Positions 47,358 to 56,549 of a stretch of DNA of 64,000 nt are shown here, one piece after another. Numbering within the stretch: the stretch's first letter is position 1; the number at the start of each line of letters is the position of its first letter. The stretch comes from a virus (taxonomy: Duplodnaviria; Caudoviricetes). The notes beneath the pieces were generated by a model. The model did not search any database. It saw only the letters and a list, made by a program, of their open reading frames with translations, and had not been told where the DNA came from. The position numbers were made by a program, and so were the translations under genes. The DNA is taken from positions 14,840 through 78,839 of IMG/VR virus record IMGVR_UViG_2890449678_000009; one strand, written 5' to 3'.

Positions 47358-49354
47358 CCGTCTCAAAAATCTCTAATATCAGCTCATTTCGTGGTGCATG
47401 CACCACCCCAAACTGGCATCAAGACTATATTCCTACTGCCATAGAGTGGAACAATTGCTGGTCTAACAAAGCCGACGGTGATGTCGTTAATGAATTATCA
47501 GACTCTCTCCAGCACATGGAGAACTATGTCGCTTCTCTTCCAAGCGTCTCTCTCACAAATTTAGGGGTCATAGATGATCCTTCTGGAAAATATATTAATG
47601 AAAACACAGAAGCCTATCAAAGCGCATTAGACAATTCTGCTGGCAAATATCGACTATGTCATCCAGCTAACCTGTCCGTTGTTTTACATAATCTAACCAT
47701 AACGCGCTCTGATACCTATTGGGTTCTTGATGGCGTCATTACACTTGCTGCTCATGAAAATAAAAATATCGTTGATATTGGGAGCCCTGGAAATACGATT
47801 AGTGGAATTTCAATCACAGGTAGAGGAACTTTCAATGGAAACATGTTGCAGCAAGAAGGAGGAGAACGTGCCGTCTGCGGCGGCTTATGTGCCAATACGC
47901 TCAGCCATACTGATAATATCCCTGATAATCCCGCTTATCCTGCCTTAATAAGAAATCTAAGCATTAACGGGATAACCATAACGAATGTATTTAATTGGCC
48001 AATATCTCTTGGATATATCAAAAATAGTTTAATAAAAGATACCTCCCTCTTAAACAGTGGGAACAGCCCTCAGTTTATTTGGTCATCTGATAATTGTTGG
48101 TTCAATGGCAATATATCAAGCGGCCATACAGATGGTGGGTTCGTTTTTTACATGGGGAGTAGAAAATGCGGTGCCATTGGAAATATCGTTCATGATAACC
48201 ATGATGGGATTGGTGTCTACAGCGACCTATCTAGCAATCCAGAAGATAACAGCATTATAATCTGTGATAACCATGTTTATAATAATAAAGATAGCGGTAT
48301 AGGGATAACAACTCTTAACCAAAATGGTGCAGAGACAAGCTCACTAAAACAAAAAAATATAATCATATCTGGGAATATACTCTCTAATAATAATACAAGA
48401 GGAAGAAATGGCGGTGGTTCTATAGGTATTGTCGGTGCATATAACGTACAGGTTCGTGGAAACAGCATAAGTCAAGATGGTTCAACGACAACATCCGGTC
48501 AGCCTGTTTATGCAATCTATGTATCAGATAGCTGCCAAGATATTGACGTAAGCAATAATACGATTAGTGATATTGGTTCACCAACCAATTTGGGAACGGC
48601 TATTTATCTTAACCACCCGACAAGAACCGTGGTGCGCCATAATACATTTACAAATAGTCTAGGGACGAATGGTCCTTTCCATACAGGAATAGGCGGAACC
48701 GTTGGACCTCTCTCTCTTATTAGTGGGAATATTGCAACAAATGCATTAGCTGGGGCTCTCCTTTCTATTTCCTGGCCCAATGATACTGTTTTTCTCTCTC
48801 AGCCCGACGGGTTGGGAGGAATGTTCGATAATCTCACACGCAATAGTGATGTCATTGCGTCAGGAAAATATAACTACAATGGACGCAACCTAAGCCGACA
48901 AGTGGGAGCAACCACAGATGGCACAAGTATCTATCTACAAACAGCACAAAACCAATCAACGGGTGCGATCGCTGGCAATATTGTTTTAAACCAGAATGGG
49001 ATCTTTCGGGAGTTCTCTCTCGCTCTTAATGGAGCCATATCCACACCGTCTGGTGGCGTTCTTTTAAATGCCAGAAGCCCCTCTGGGGCTCCGCTCCTTC
49101 TACAAACGTTTACAGCTAACGTCGCTCACGGAGATTGGGTTCCTTTCCCACAATCTTTTACAAGCGATACTGTATCGGTCGTCATTCCTCCATTTTTCAA
49201 TGGAACAAATATGATTATCGGTGGTCCATCCACAAACACCCCCGCAAACCGTAGTGGCTTTGTCGTTGGGAAGTTCTGGTTAGGTGTAGGCGGGGCCAAT
49301 ACAGATATTGCAGATACCATCACCATTATTGCTATTGGAGAACTGTCATTATGA
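47354..49354 (+). CDS. Tailspike with parallel beta-helix (putative depolymerase) and fibre-like tip
   Basis: D.SG....NT.A.Q.A.D start, many I.GN/I.NN rungs, low GC, C-terminal WVPFPQSF. Confidence 0.85.
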   Translation: MTVSKISNISSFRGACTTPNWHQDYIPTAIEWNNCWSNKADGDVVNELSDSLQHMENYVASLPSVSLTNLGVIDDPSGKYINENTEAYQSALDNSAGKYRLCHPANLSVVLHNLTITRSDTYWVLDGVITLAAHENKNIVDIGSPGNTISGISITGRGTFNGNMLQQEGGERAVCGGLCANTLSHTDNIPDNPAYPALIRNLSINGITITNVFNWPISLGYIKNSLIKDTSLLNSGNSPQFIWSSDNCWFNGNISSGHTDGGFVFYMGSRKCGAIGNIVHDNHDGIGVYSDLSSNPEDNSIIICDNHVYNNKDSGIGITTLNQNGAETSSLKQKNIIISGNILSNNNTRGRNGGGSIGIVGAYNVQVRGNSISQDGSTTTSGQPVYAIYVSDSCQDIDVSNNTISDIGSPTNLGTAIYLNHPTRTVVRHNTFTNSLGTNGPFHTGIGGTVGPLSLISGNIATNALAGALLSISWPNDTVFLSQPDGLGGMFDNLTRNSDVIASGKYNYNGRNLSRQVGATTDGTSIYLQTAQNQSTGAIAGNIVLNQNGIFREFSLALNGAISTPSGGVLLNARSPSGAPLLLQTFTANVAHGDWVPFPQSFTSDTVSVVIPPFFNGTNMIIGGPSTNTPANRSGFVVGKFWLGVGGANTDIADTITIIAIGELSL

Positions 49355-49830
49355 AAAATGACATGGCTTACTTTGCTATTATCGACAACCGTAGCGACAA
49401 TAATCCTACTCCAATCTGGGGATGGTCAACTTTGCCAATAACGCGAGAAGAGGGAGAAATGGGAGGAGAAACCTCTATTTATTCTCTCTCTGATACTGAA
49501 CTCCTACAAGGAGTGGCTCCGAATGTTCCCCCAGGTGGCAAAGCCATTCGTTTACATCTTACACAAGACCAATGGGACAGCCGCCCTACATCTAATCCAG
49601 CCCTTTCTAACGGCTCTATTGTCCAAATAAACCGCCCCTCCCTTCCTCTCAAAGAGCAAGCAAACGTCGCCCTCCAAGACATACAAAGACAAGCTCCCAT
49701 GCTGACAGCCATGCGTGAAACTTTTGGATCGCAAACACGCCTTTATGTCCAAAAACTCCGAGCTATCATCAGCGGGGCAGATACGACGAGCACAGCGCTT
49801 CCAACGCCGCCTACTCAGGTAACGGATTAA
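49351..49830 (+). CDS. Tail fibre assembly chaperone
   Basis: C-terminal LKEQA..ALQ......YVQKLRAIISGADTTSTALP, homologous to 37337-37771. Confidence 0.8.
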   Translation: MKNDMAYFAIIDNRSDNNPTPIWGWSTLPITREEGEMGGETSIYSLSDTELLQGVAPNVPPGGKAIRLHLTQDQWDSRPTSNPALSNGSIVQINRPSLPLKEQANVALQDIQRQAPMLTAMRETFGSQTRLYVQKLRAIISGADTTSTALPTPPTQVTD

Positions 49831-49833
49831 GCA

Positions 49834-52110
49834 ATGTCTCAATCCCCCTTCGGCCCTCATGTCGGTCTCACATGGCGCAGCTCCTTTGGTGGCGGCATTA
49901 TGTCGCCCCTGCTTGGCTACCGGGCCGATATGGAGAAATGGCAGTCCGGCGCGGCTGATCTCACCAACTTCTTTGTTCATGTGCAAGGAGGGATCAGCAA
50001 CCGACCTGGCACGCGCTATATTGGCACCTCTCGCACAAAAGCCACCAGCGCCCCGCCTAAGCTTATCGCGTTTATCTACAACAATACGCAGTCCTATGTG
50101 CTGGAATTTGGGGACCAGTATGTCCGCTTTATCAGCAATGGTGCTTATCTCACGCATGATGATGGCAGCCTCTACGAGCTGACAACGCCTTATCGGATTG
50201 AGGACGCCTTCTGGCTGCGCCATGCCCAATCCGCCGACGTGCTCACCCTCACCCATGCCCGCTACCCGGCCATGAACCTCGCGCGTCGTGGAGAGCTCGA
50301 CTGGACCCTAGACGTCATTTCGTATGATGCTGGTATTACAGCACCCTCCTCGCTCATTGCCTCAGCGGTAGAAGGAACAGCGGCAAACACCGGCACGACA
50401 CCTGGGGTGTCTAAGGCAACATACGAATATGCCGTTACGTCTGTATCTAACGAGAAGAACACGGAAAGCAACGCAACGCTCGCTCCTTCTCAAACCGAAA
50501 TGACCACCACGATCCAGACGGTAACGGACGCAACGACAGGGAAAACCTCGACTGTTCAGAAGGACACGCCCGTGGAGGTTGGCCGTTTTGTTGAGAATTA
50601 TAATATCGGCTATTATACTAATTACGGCAATTACAATACGCTCACATGGCCGAGCGTCGATGGAGCTGATTATTATAACGTCTATCGCCGCTTTGCCGGC
50701 CAATGGGGGCTCATTGGCAATACAGCGTCTCTAAGCTTTGATGATGTCAATTACGCCCCTGATACAGAGAATGGGCCACCCGCTCACCGTAATCCGTTTG
50801 AGAGTGGCAATAATCCGGTTTCTGTTACCTATTTCCAGCAACGCCGTGTCTTCGCAGGGGCTTTCACCTATCCCCAAACGGTGTGGATGAGCCGTTCAGC
50901 CAATTATACCAATTTTGACATCCATACCCCTGTTGTCTCTGACGATGCTATCACCGCCACCATTGCCAGCCAGCAGGTCAACACGATCAAGCATCTTGTG
51001 CCGATGGCCGACCTTCTCGCCTTTACCGGCACAGGAATCTGGAAAATCAGTGGCGGCCAAACGGGCACGGCCATCACTCCTTCTAACTTCACCGCTGTTC
51101 CGCAAATGTTTGTGGGCTGCTCTGACGTGCAGCCTTTGGCCATTAATACCGATGTGCTCTTTATCGAAAACAAAGGCAGCCATATCCGCGACCTGCAATA
51201 TGACTGGTATGCCCAGATTTATCAGGGCAATGATTTATCCGTGCTCTCTGACCATCTCTTCTATGGTTATACGATCGCTGATTGGTCCTTTGCCCAATTC
51301 CCCTTCAATCTCATCTGGGCGGTGCGCTCCGATGGAACGTTGCTGGGGATGACCTATCTCAAAGAACAAAATGTCACGGCCTGGCACCAACACACGACCC
51401 ATAAGGGTTCCTTCCAATCCGTCGCTGTGGTTCCAGAAGAAAACGGTTATGGCGCGATTGAAGACACGACGTATGTTGTGGTCAAACGCCTGTTAAACGG
51501 CACAGAGCGCTACATGATTGAACGTCTGGAAACCCGCCAGCTTGGCGCTGAAAATAACGACATCACGCGTTCATGGTTTGTTGATTGCGGCCTCCGCTAT
51601 GAAGGCGCACCGGTAGCCACGCTTTCTGGCCTTACCCATCTAGCGGGAGAAACGGTATCTGCTTGCGTGGATGGCACGGCTTACACTGCCTTGACTGTCC
51701 GCTCCGATGGATCGCTCACCGTGCCCCAATCAGGACGCGTCATCACAGTGGGCTTGCCCATCACAGCCACAGCCAAAACCCTTCCGCTGGATCTCGGGCA
51801 GCCTCCGCAATTTGCCCGCCGCAAACGTGTCAGCAAGGTGTACGCAACGCTCTACAACAGCGCGGGCCTCAGCGTCTCCACCAACGGGGGCAAAACCACC
51901 CATAGCCTCAACAATCAAGGAGCCGCCGCTGGAAACGCTGCGCCCAACCCTTACCGAAACACGGCGCAAAAGCCCGCTCTCACCACGGGGCTTGCGATGC
52001 GTATCCCGACCCCTAACTGGACACAAAGCGGGCAGATCACGTTCCAGACAACCAACCCGCTTCCTGTCACGCTCTCAACGGTGAGTGTGGATGTTGAGGT
52101 GGGGAGTTAG
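49834..52110 (+). CDS. Tail tubular protein B / nozzle
   Basis: SF.GG..SP.L..R.D, GG..NRPGT, YVLEFGD.YVRF, QSADVL, YFQQR.VFA, EQNV.AWH.H. Confidence 0.92.
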   Translation: MSQSPFGPHVGLTWRSSFGGGIMSPLLGYRADMEKWQSGAADLTNFFVHVQGGISNRPGTRYIGTSRTKATSAPPKLIAFIYNNTQSYVLEFGDQYVRFISNGAYLTHDDGSLYELTTPYRIEDAFWLRHAQSADVLTLTHARYPAMNLARRGELDWTLDVISYDAGITAPSSLIASAVEGTAANTGTTPGVSKATYEYAVTSVSNEKNTESNATLAPSQTEMTTTIQTVTDATTGKTSTVQKDTPVEVGRFVENYNIGYYTNYGNYNTLTWPSVDGADYYNVYRRFAGQWGLIGNTASLSFDDVNYAPDTENGPPAHRNPFESGNNPVSVTYFQQRRVFAGAFTYPQTVWMSRSANYTNFDIHTPVVSDDAITATIASQQVNTIKHLVPMADLLAFTGTGIWKISGGQTGTAITPSNFTAVPQMFVGCSDVQPLAINTDVLFIENKGSHIRDLQYDWYAQIYQGNDLSVLSDHLFYGYTIADWSFAQFPFNLIWAVRSDGTLLGMTYLKEQNVTAWHQHTTHKGSFQSVAVVPEENGYGAIEDTTYVVVKRLLNGTERYMIERLETRQLGAENNDITRSWFVDCGLRYEGAPVATLSGLTHLAGETVSACVDGTAYTALTVRSDGSLTVPQSGRVITVGLPITATAKTLPLDLGQPPQFARRKRVSKVYATLYNSAGLSVSTNGGKTTHSLNNQGAAAGNAAPNPYRNTAQKPALTTGLAMRIPTPNWTQSGQITFQTTNPLPVTLSTVSVDVEVGS

Positions 52111-52179
52111 AAGAATGACCTTGACAAAAACCAATTCGATATCACTACTTAGTTGCCTATCTTTTGAAAGGATTAGGCC

Positions 52180-52485
52180 ATGATAGACACAGAAAACTTC
52201 ACTAAGGAACAAGTTATAAGTGCACTTTACGCGTTTTTCACTGGCGGTAAGAAAGTAGCTCTGAAAGCAGGAGATTATCCATTTGAGTTGCGCAATGTTT
52301 GTGCTCGTTTATACGCTGACAATCCTACCACCGATGTGTCCAAGCTTTCAGGTACAAGTTGGCTTCTCTCAGCAACTAAACAAGGAAAGGGAATAGCCCC
52401 TATTTTAAAGGAACTTATAGACCTCAAAATTATTTCCAAAGGGCAAGCTGCAGAGATGTATATATTCCATTACACTAACACTTAA
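52180..52485 (+). CDS. Small low-GC moron protein
   Basis: TTGACA at 52121 and AAAGGA RBS; inserted between the nozzle gene and late promoter 3. Confidence 0.65.
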   Translation: MIDTENFTKEQVISALYAFFTGGKKVALKAGDYPFELRNVCARLYADNPTTDVSKLSGTSWLLSATKQGKGIAPILKELIDLKIISKGQAAEMYIFHYTNT

Positions 52486-52493
52486 ACCCCCAC

Positions 52494-52519
52494 TAGAACT
52501 TATAAACCCCCGCTAGAGT
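52494..52519 (+). promoter_or_regulatory. Podoviral late promoter copy 3
   Basis: TAGAACTTATAAAC-N6-TAGAGT. Confidence 0.75.
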
Positions 52520-52545
52520 GATGCCTTCTTTAAGGAGGAGGCCTC

Positions 52546-53013
52546 ATGCTGTCATATCGTTCTGTCGTCCCCCAAGACGCGGCCCTGATCGCCCCACTTC
52601 TGCGGCGGTCGGACCATCTGGAGGTGCTGCGCTCGGGTCAGGGGGATGTAGCCGGGGCGTTACGTCGCTCGGTTGAGCAGTCTGCCCACGGGATGGCGGG
52701 GCTCTTTTATGACGAGAGCGGCCCGGTTGCGCTTTTTGGGGTGGCCCCTCGCCTTGATGTGGGCATTCCGTGGCTTGTGGGCACGCCTGCCCTAGAGCGC
52801 CACCAGAAAGCCTTCCTTCGGGAAACGCGCTTTTGGGTGCGACACTGGCAGCAGCGCTACCCGCTTTTGATGAACCATGTAGATGCGTCCTACTGTCAGG
52901 CCATTCGCTGGCTGTCATGGCTTGGCTTTCAGATTGAGCCTCCCCAACCTACCGGGCTTAACGGGGCGCTCTTTTGCCGCTTCACGATGGAGCGAGGCCC
53001 ATCATGTGCGTAA
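52546..53013 (+). CDS. GNAT-like virion-assembly protein (T7 gp13-like)
   Basis: LR.SD..E, ALFGV, G.PWLVGT, L.N.V......AIRWL.WLGF. Confidence 0.8.
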   Translation: MLSYRSVVPQDAALIAPLLRRSDHLEVLRSGQGDVAGALRRSVEQSAHGMAGLFYDESGPVALFGVAPRLDVGIPWLVGTPALERHQKAFLRETRFWVRHWQQRYPLLMNHVDASYCQAIRWLSWLGFQIEPPQPTGLNGALFCRFTMERGPSCA

Positions 53014-53627
53014 TTACCGGAACCTTAGCCGCTATTGGCGCTGGTGTGGCGGCGGCTGCCAGCGCTTCCTCCGCTCTGATCAGCGCTCAAGGACAGGCGG
53101 CTTCTAACAAAGCACAAGAGCAGCAAAGCCAGCAGCAAGCTCAAATTGCTTCCCAAGCGTCTAAAAACTCCATCGACCAAGGCTATCTCAACGCTCAACG
53201 CGATTATCAGGCAGGCGATCAGCATCTTGCCGCACAACGGGCCTTTATGGCCGCGAATGGTGTCGATACATCGTCGGGTTCAGCTCTGGATGTGCAGCAA
53301 TCAACCGCGCGTAATACCGGGCTTTCGGTCGGGACCGACCAATATGAGGCTGGCGTTCAGTCCACCAGCTCCAGCAATCAGGCCATTTCTTACAATAATC
53401 AGGCCCGGATTGCCCGTGCAGGGAATGCGTCAGCTTGGGCTGGTGGAGCGTTAGGCGCAACCGGGGCTGTTGCGGGTGGTGTCTCCTCCTTAGCGGGGAA
53501 CTCGTCTTTTTCGTCCAAATGGAATGATCTCTTTTCGAGCGGATCAGGGGGATCAAGCGGACCGCAAGTCTCCGTCAATAATAGCAACGCCTCTCTGATG
53601 CCAGAATCCTATTTCCAGAAAGTCTAA
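53004..53627 (+). CDS. Small ejection (internal virion) protein
   Basis: MC-start, Ala-rich N-terminus, QRA.MAANGVD.SSGSALDV. Confidence 0.82.
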   Translation: MCVITGTLAAIGAGVAAAASASSALISAQGQAASNKAQEQQSQQQAQIASQASKNSIDQGYLNAQRDYQAGDQHLAAQRAFMAANGVDTSSGSALDVQQSTARNTGLSVGTDQYEAGVQSTSSSNQAISYNNQARIARAGNASAWAGGALGATGAVAGGVSSLAGNSSFSSKWNDLFSSGSGGSSGPQVSVNNSNASLMPESYFQKV

Positions 53628-53629
53628 TC

Positions 53630-56464
53630 ATGCCCCAAGTGCCCTACACCGATGACACCTACAAACTCCCTGAACGCGTCAGCGCTGGTGGGACGGAACT
53701 TCTCAATGTGCCCAATTATGGGGAGATGGTCGGTCGTGGTTTAGACCGTTTCGGTTCTGGCATAGCAGCCGCCAATGACGTTGCTGAACGACTGCAACGA
53801 CAAGACGACATCACCGCTGTGCAAGGGGCGATGAACGACTTCCGGACCCATGTGCGCAATGTGCAATATGGTGATCCCAATAATCCCAACGATACGGGCT
53901 TTTTCGGTCTTCAAAATAAGGCAACGCTGGATGCATGGAAGCCAACGGCACAGGGGCTGGACCAGACGCGCCGCTCTCTCATGGACGGGCTCACCTCCGA
54001 CCAGCAACGGCTCTTTCAACAAGAAAGCGAGCCTTTCCTCAACAGTGCCCTTGATAGCATGTCGAGCCATACGGCACAGCAGCGCAAAAGCTATCAGCAG
54101 CAAACACAGAAAGCCACACTTGAAAACCTGGTCAACCAGGGTGCAGCCAATCACGATAACCCGTCTGTTTTTTCGGGAACCCTTCTCCAAGGCAGAAACG
54201 CGATTGCGCAAAATCTCGCTTTGCGGGGCGTCCCCTCTGATAGCCCGATTGCCCAACAAGAGCTGCAAAAATTTAACGACGATTACTTCACCACCTCGGC
54301 ACAAGCAGCGACGGATAGTGGCGATGCCATTAAGGCACAGAACCTGCTTATGTCCAACCGTCGGAACCTTTCAGAGCCTGTTTTTGAGCAGTCGATGGCG
54401 ATGCTCAAGCCGCATATAGACCATCAAGTCGGTGGCATGCTGGCGGATGCGGCCATCAATCACCGCGATGACGGTATGGCCATTCCTGCCCAGAGCACGC
54501 AAGACGCGGTTTTTACGACCATGACGCATCTGGAAAGTGGCGGCCAACAAACGGACAAGAACGGAAACCCCCTCACCTCACCCAAGGGCGCTACCGGCAT
54601 TGCTCAGCTTATGCCCGATACAGCACGTTCCGTCGCACAATCATCAGGGCTCGGATGGGATGAAGACCGGTTTAAACATGATAGTGCGTATAATCGCGCT
54701 TTAGGGGCTGCCTATTATAGCCAGCTTTGCCAAAAATACGGCGGCAACCTGACCCTCGCCTGTGCGGCTTACAATGCAGGCCCCGGCCATGTGAACCAAT
54801 GGCTGAAGGATATTGGAGACCCACGCAGCGGTGCGATCACCGATCAACAGTTTGCACAGAATATTCCGTTTAAGGAAACGCGCGATTATGTCAGTCGCGC
54901 AGGAGCAGCCCTCACAAAGTCCCAACCAGCACCCAGCTATGAGGCTCCTGATCGGGAGAAGCAGCTTGCCTCCATTGCAGCACGAGGGCGGGCCATCGGT
55001 GCCTCACCAGAAGCCATTGCGGACGCGAATAGCCGCGTGGAGCATAATTATAGCATCTGGAATGCGAGCACACAGGGCAGCCGAAACCAGCTTGGCCAGC
55101 ATCTGGACGATCTCAGCGCGTCCTATATGGCCGGGAACACCCAGACTGACATTCCAGAACGTGACATCCGCACACTTTACCCACCCGAAGAGGCCCAGAA
55201 CAAAATTGATGACCTCAATGATCGCCGTCGGGCAGGTTTAAGCTTTAACGCGATCAAATGGGCGTCTCCTCAACAGGCCGCAAACGTGCTAAAAGGCGCA
55301 ACCACACCGCTTCAAGGCGAAGATATTGACCATTTCAGGACACGACAAAAAGCAGCGGACCTACTGTTAGCAAGCCTGAACAAGCGCCAAGACGCTCTCA
55401 AAAAAGACCCGGCTTCTTATGTGCAGGATAACCCACAAGTGCAACAAGCATGGCAGGACTATCAGCAGAACGAAACGCCTGAGACGTTCAAAACCTACGC
55501 CAAGGCTTCCCAAGCGTTGCAACAGACGATGGGGGTTTCTTCCCCTCATGTTTTAACCAGTGATGAAGCCGATCATCTGGTCACGCAATTCACGCAGGCA
55601 GATCCACAAAAGCAAGAGGTCGGCCCTGCCCTAGATAATCTTCGTCACCATTATGGCGATGATTACTGGCCTCAAGTCCTTTCGGAAATGGTCGCCCATA
55701 AACTCCCTGCCGACTATGCCACCATGGCCAATATGGATACGCCGGCTCAACAAACGCGCCGCCAAATGCTCCAGCGTGATATCAAAATTGGGGAAGACAA
55801 ACTGAAAGTGATGGCTGGCCCCGATGCAGCTAAACTTGATAATACAACGGCGGATAACCCGCTCTATAACAGCCTGGGAGATGCCAGAAAAACCTTCCTC
55901 CTCCAAGCGGGTGGAGATATTCCCTATCAAAACCTGGCGCAGACCATGAAGCTCCAGACACTCGGCTATATGGCAAAAGGGCTTCCTCTCTCCCAAGCCA
56001 TGACGAACGCCCGTGCTGATCTGTTCGATATGAAATATGATACATCCGGCTTCCTGCGCACCCCTAAAGGGGAGATGTCTGTTACTAAACAAACAGGGGC
56101 CGCTATGCTTTCTTCGCTCCGTAATGGCGATATACGTGAGGTGTTACCCGATGCTATTGCCAAGATGCCACCCCAAGAAAGAGAACGCTACAATGCGGAT
56201 TCTAATGGTACAACTCTGACCAATGCCCGCGACAATGGCCAATGGGTCATGAACGACAAAGAAGACGGCTATAATCTTCTCATCCCAAGCAGCACGACAC
56301 CGGGGGAATATCAAATGCTCCAAGACAAAAAAGGGCAACCTATCACGCTCTCCATCAAGGACATCCATTCTGGCAAATGGTTCAGCCCGTACGACACGAC
56401 CGCCCAACGTGACGCCCGCCTTGCCCATGAGGGTAAAACCCGCCATATCGGCGGGGATTGGTGA
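53630..56464 (+). CDS. Ejection protein with lytic transglycosylase (SLT) domain
   Basis: LESGG....SPKGA.G.AQLMP.TA ... AAYNAGPG.V..W ... IPFKETRDYV. Confidence 0.9.
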   Translation: MPQVPYTDDTYKLPERVSAGGTELLNVPNYGEMVGRGLDRFGSGIAAANDVAERLQRQDDITAVQGAMNDFRTHVRNVQYGDPNNPNDTGFFGLQNKATLDAWKPTAQGLDQTRRSLMDGLTSDQQRLFQQESEPFLNSALDSMSSHTAQQRKSYQQQTQKATLENLVNQGAANHDNPSVFSGTLLQGRNAIAQNLALRGVPSDSPIAQQELQKFNDDYFTTSAQAATDSGDAIKAQNLLMSNRRNLSEPVFEQSMAMLKPHIDHQVGGMLADAAINHRDDGMAIPAQSTQDAVFTTMTHLESGGQQTDKNGNPLTSPKGATGIAQLMPDTARSVAQSSGLGWDEDRFKHDSAYNRALGAAYYSQLCQKYGGNLTLACAAYNAGPGHVNQWLKDIGDPRSGAITDQQFAQNIPFKETRDYVSRAGAALTKSQPAPSYEAPDREKQLASIAARGRAIGASPEAIADANSRVEHNYSIWNASTQGSRNQLGQHLDDLSASYMAGNTQTDIPERDIRTLYPPEEAQNKIDDLNDRRRAGLSFNAIKWASPQQAANVLKGATTPLQGEDIDHFRTRQKAADLLLASLNKRQDALKKDPASYVQDNPQVQQAWQDYQQNETPETFKTYAKASQALQQTMGVSSPHVLTSDEADHLVTQFTQADPQKQEVGPALDNLRHHYGDDYWPQVLSEMVAHKLPADYATMANMDTPAQQTRRQMLQRDIKIGEDKLKVMAGPDAAKLDNTTADNPLYNSLGDARKTFLLQAGGDIPYQNLAQTMKLQTLGYMAKGLPLSQAMTNARADLFDMKYDTSGFLRTPKGEMSVTKQTGAAMLSSLRNGDIREVLPDAIAKMPPQERERYNADSNGTTLTNARDNGQWVMNDKEDGYNLLIPSSTTPGEYQMLQDKKGQPITLSIKDIHSGKWFSPYDTTAQRDARLAHEGKTRHIGGDW

Positions 56465-56499
56465 GCATGTTCTCATACGTGTTTAGAGAGCACACCCAG

Positions 56500-56525
56500 T
56501 AGAACTTATAAACAAGAGCCATGCT
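56500..56525 (+). promoter_or_regulatory. Podoviral late promoter copy 4
   Basis: TAGAACTTATAAAC-N6-CATGCT. Confidence 0.75.
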
Positions 56526-56549
56526 CCCCCCACTTACAGGGGGGGGAAC

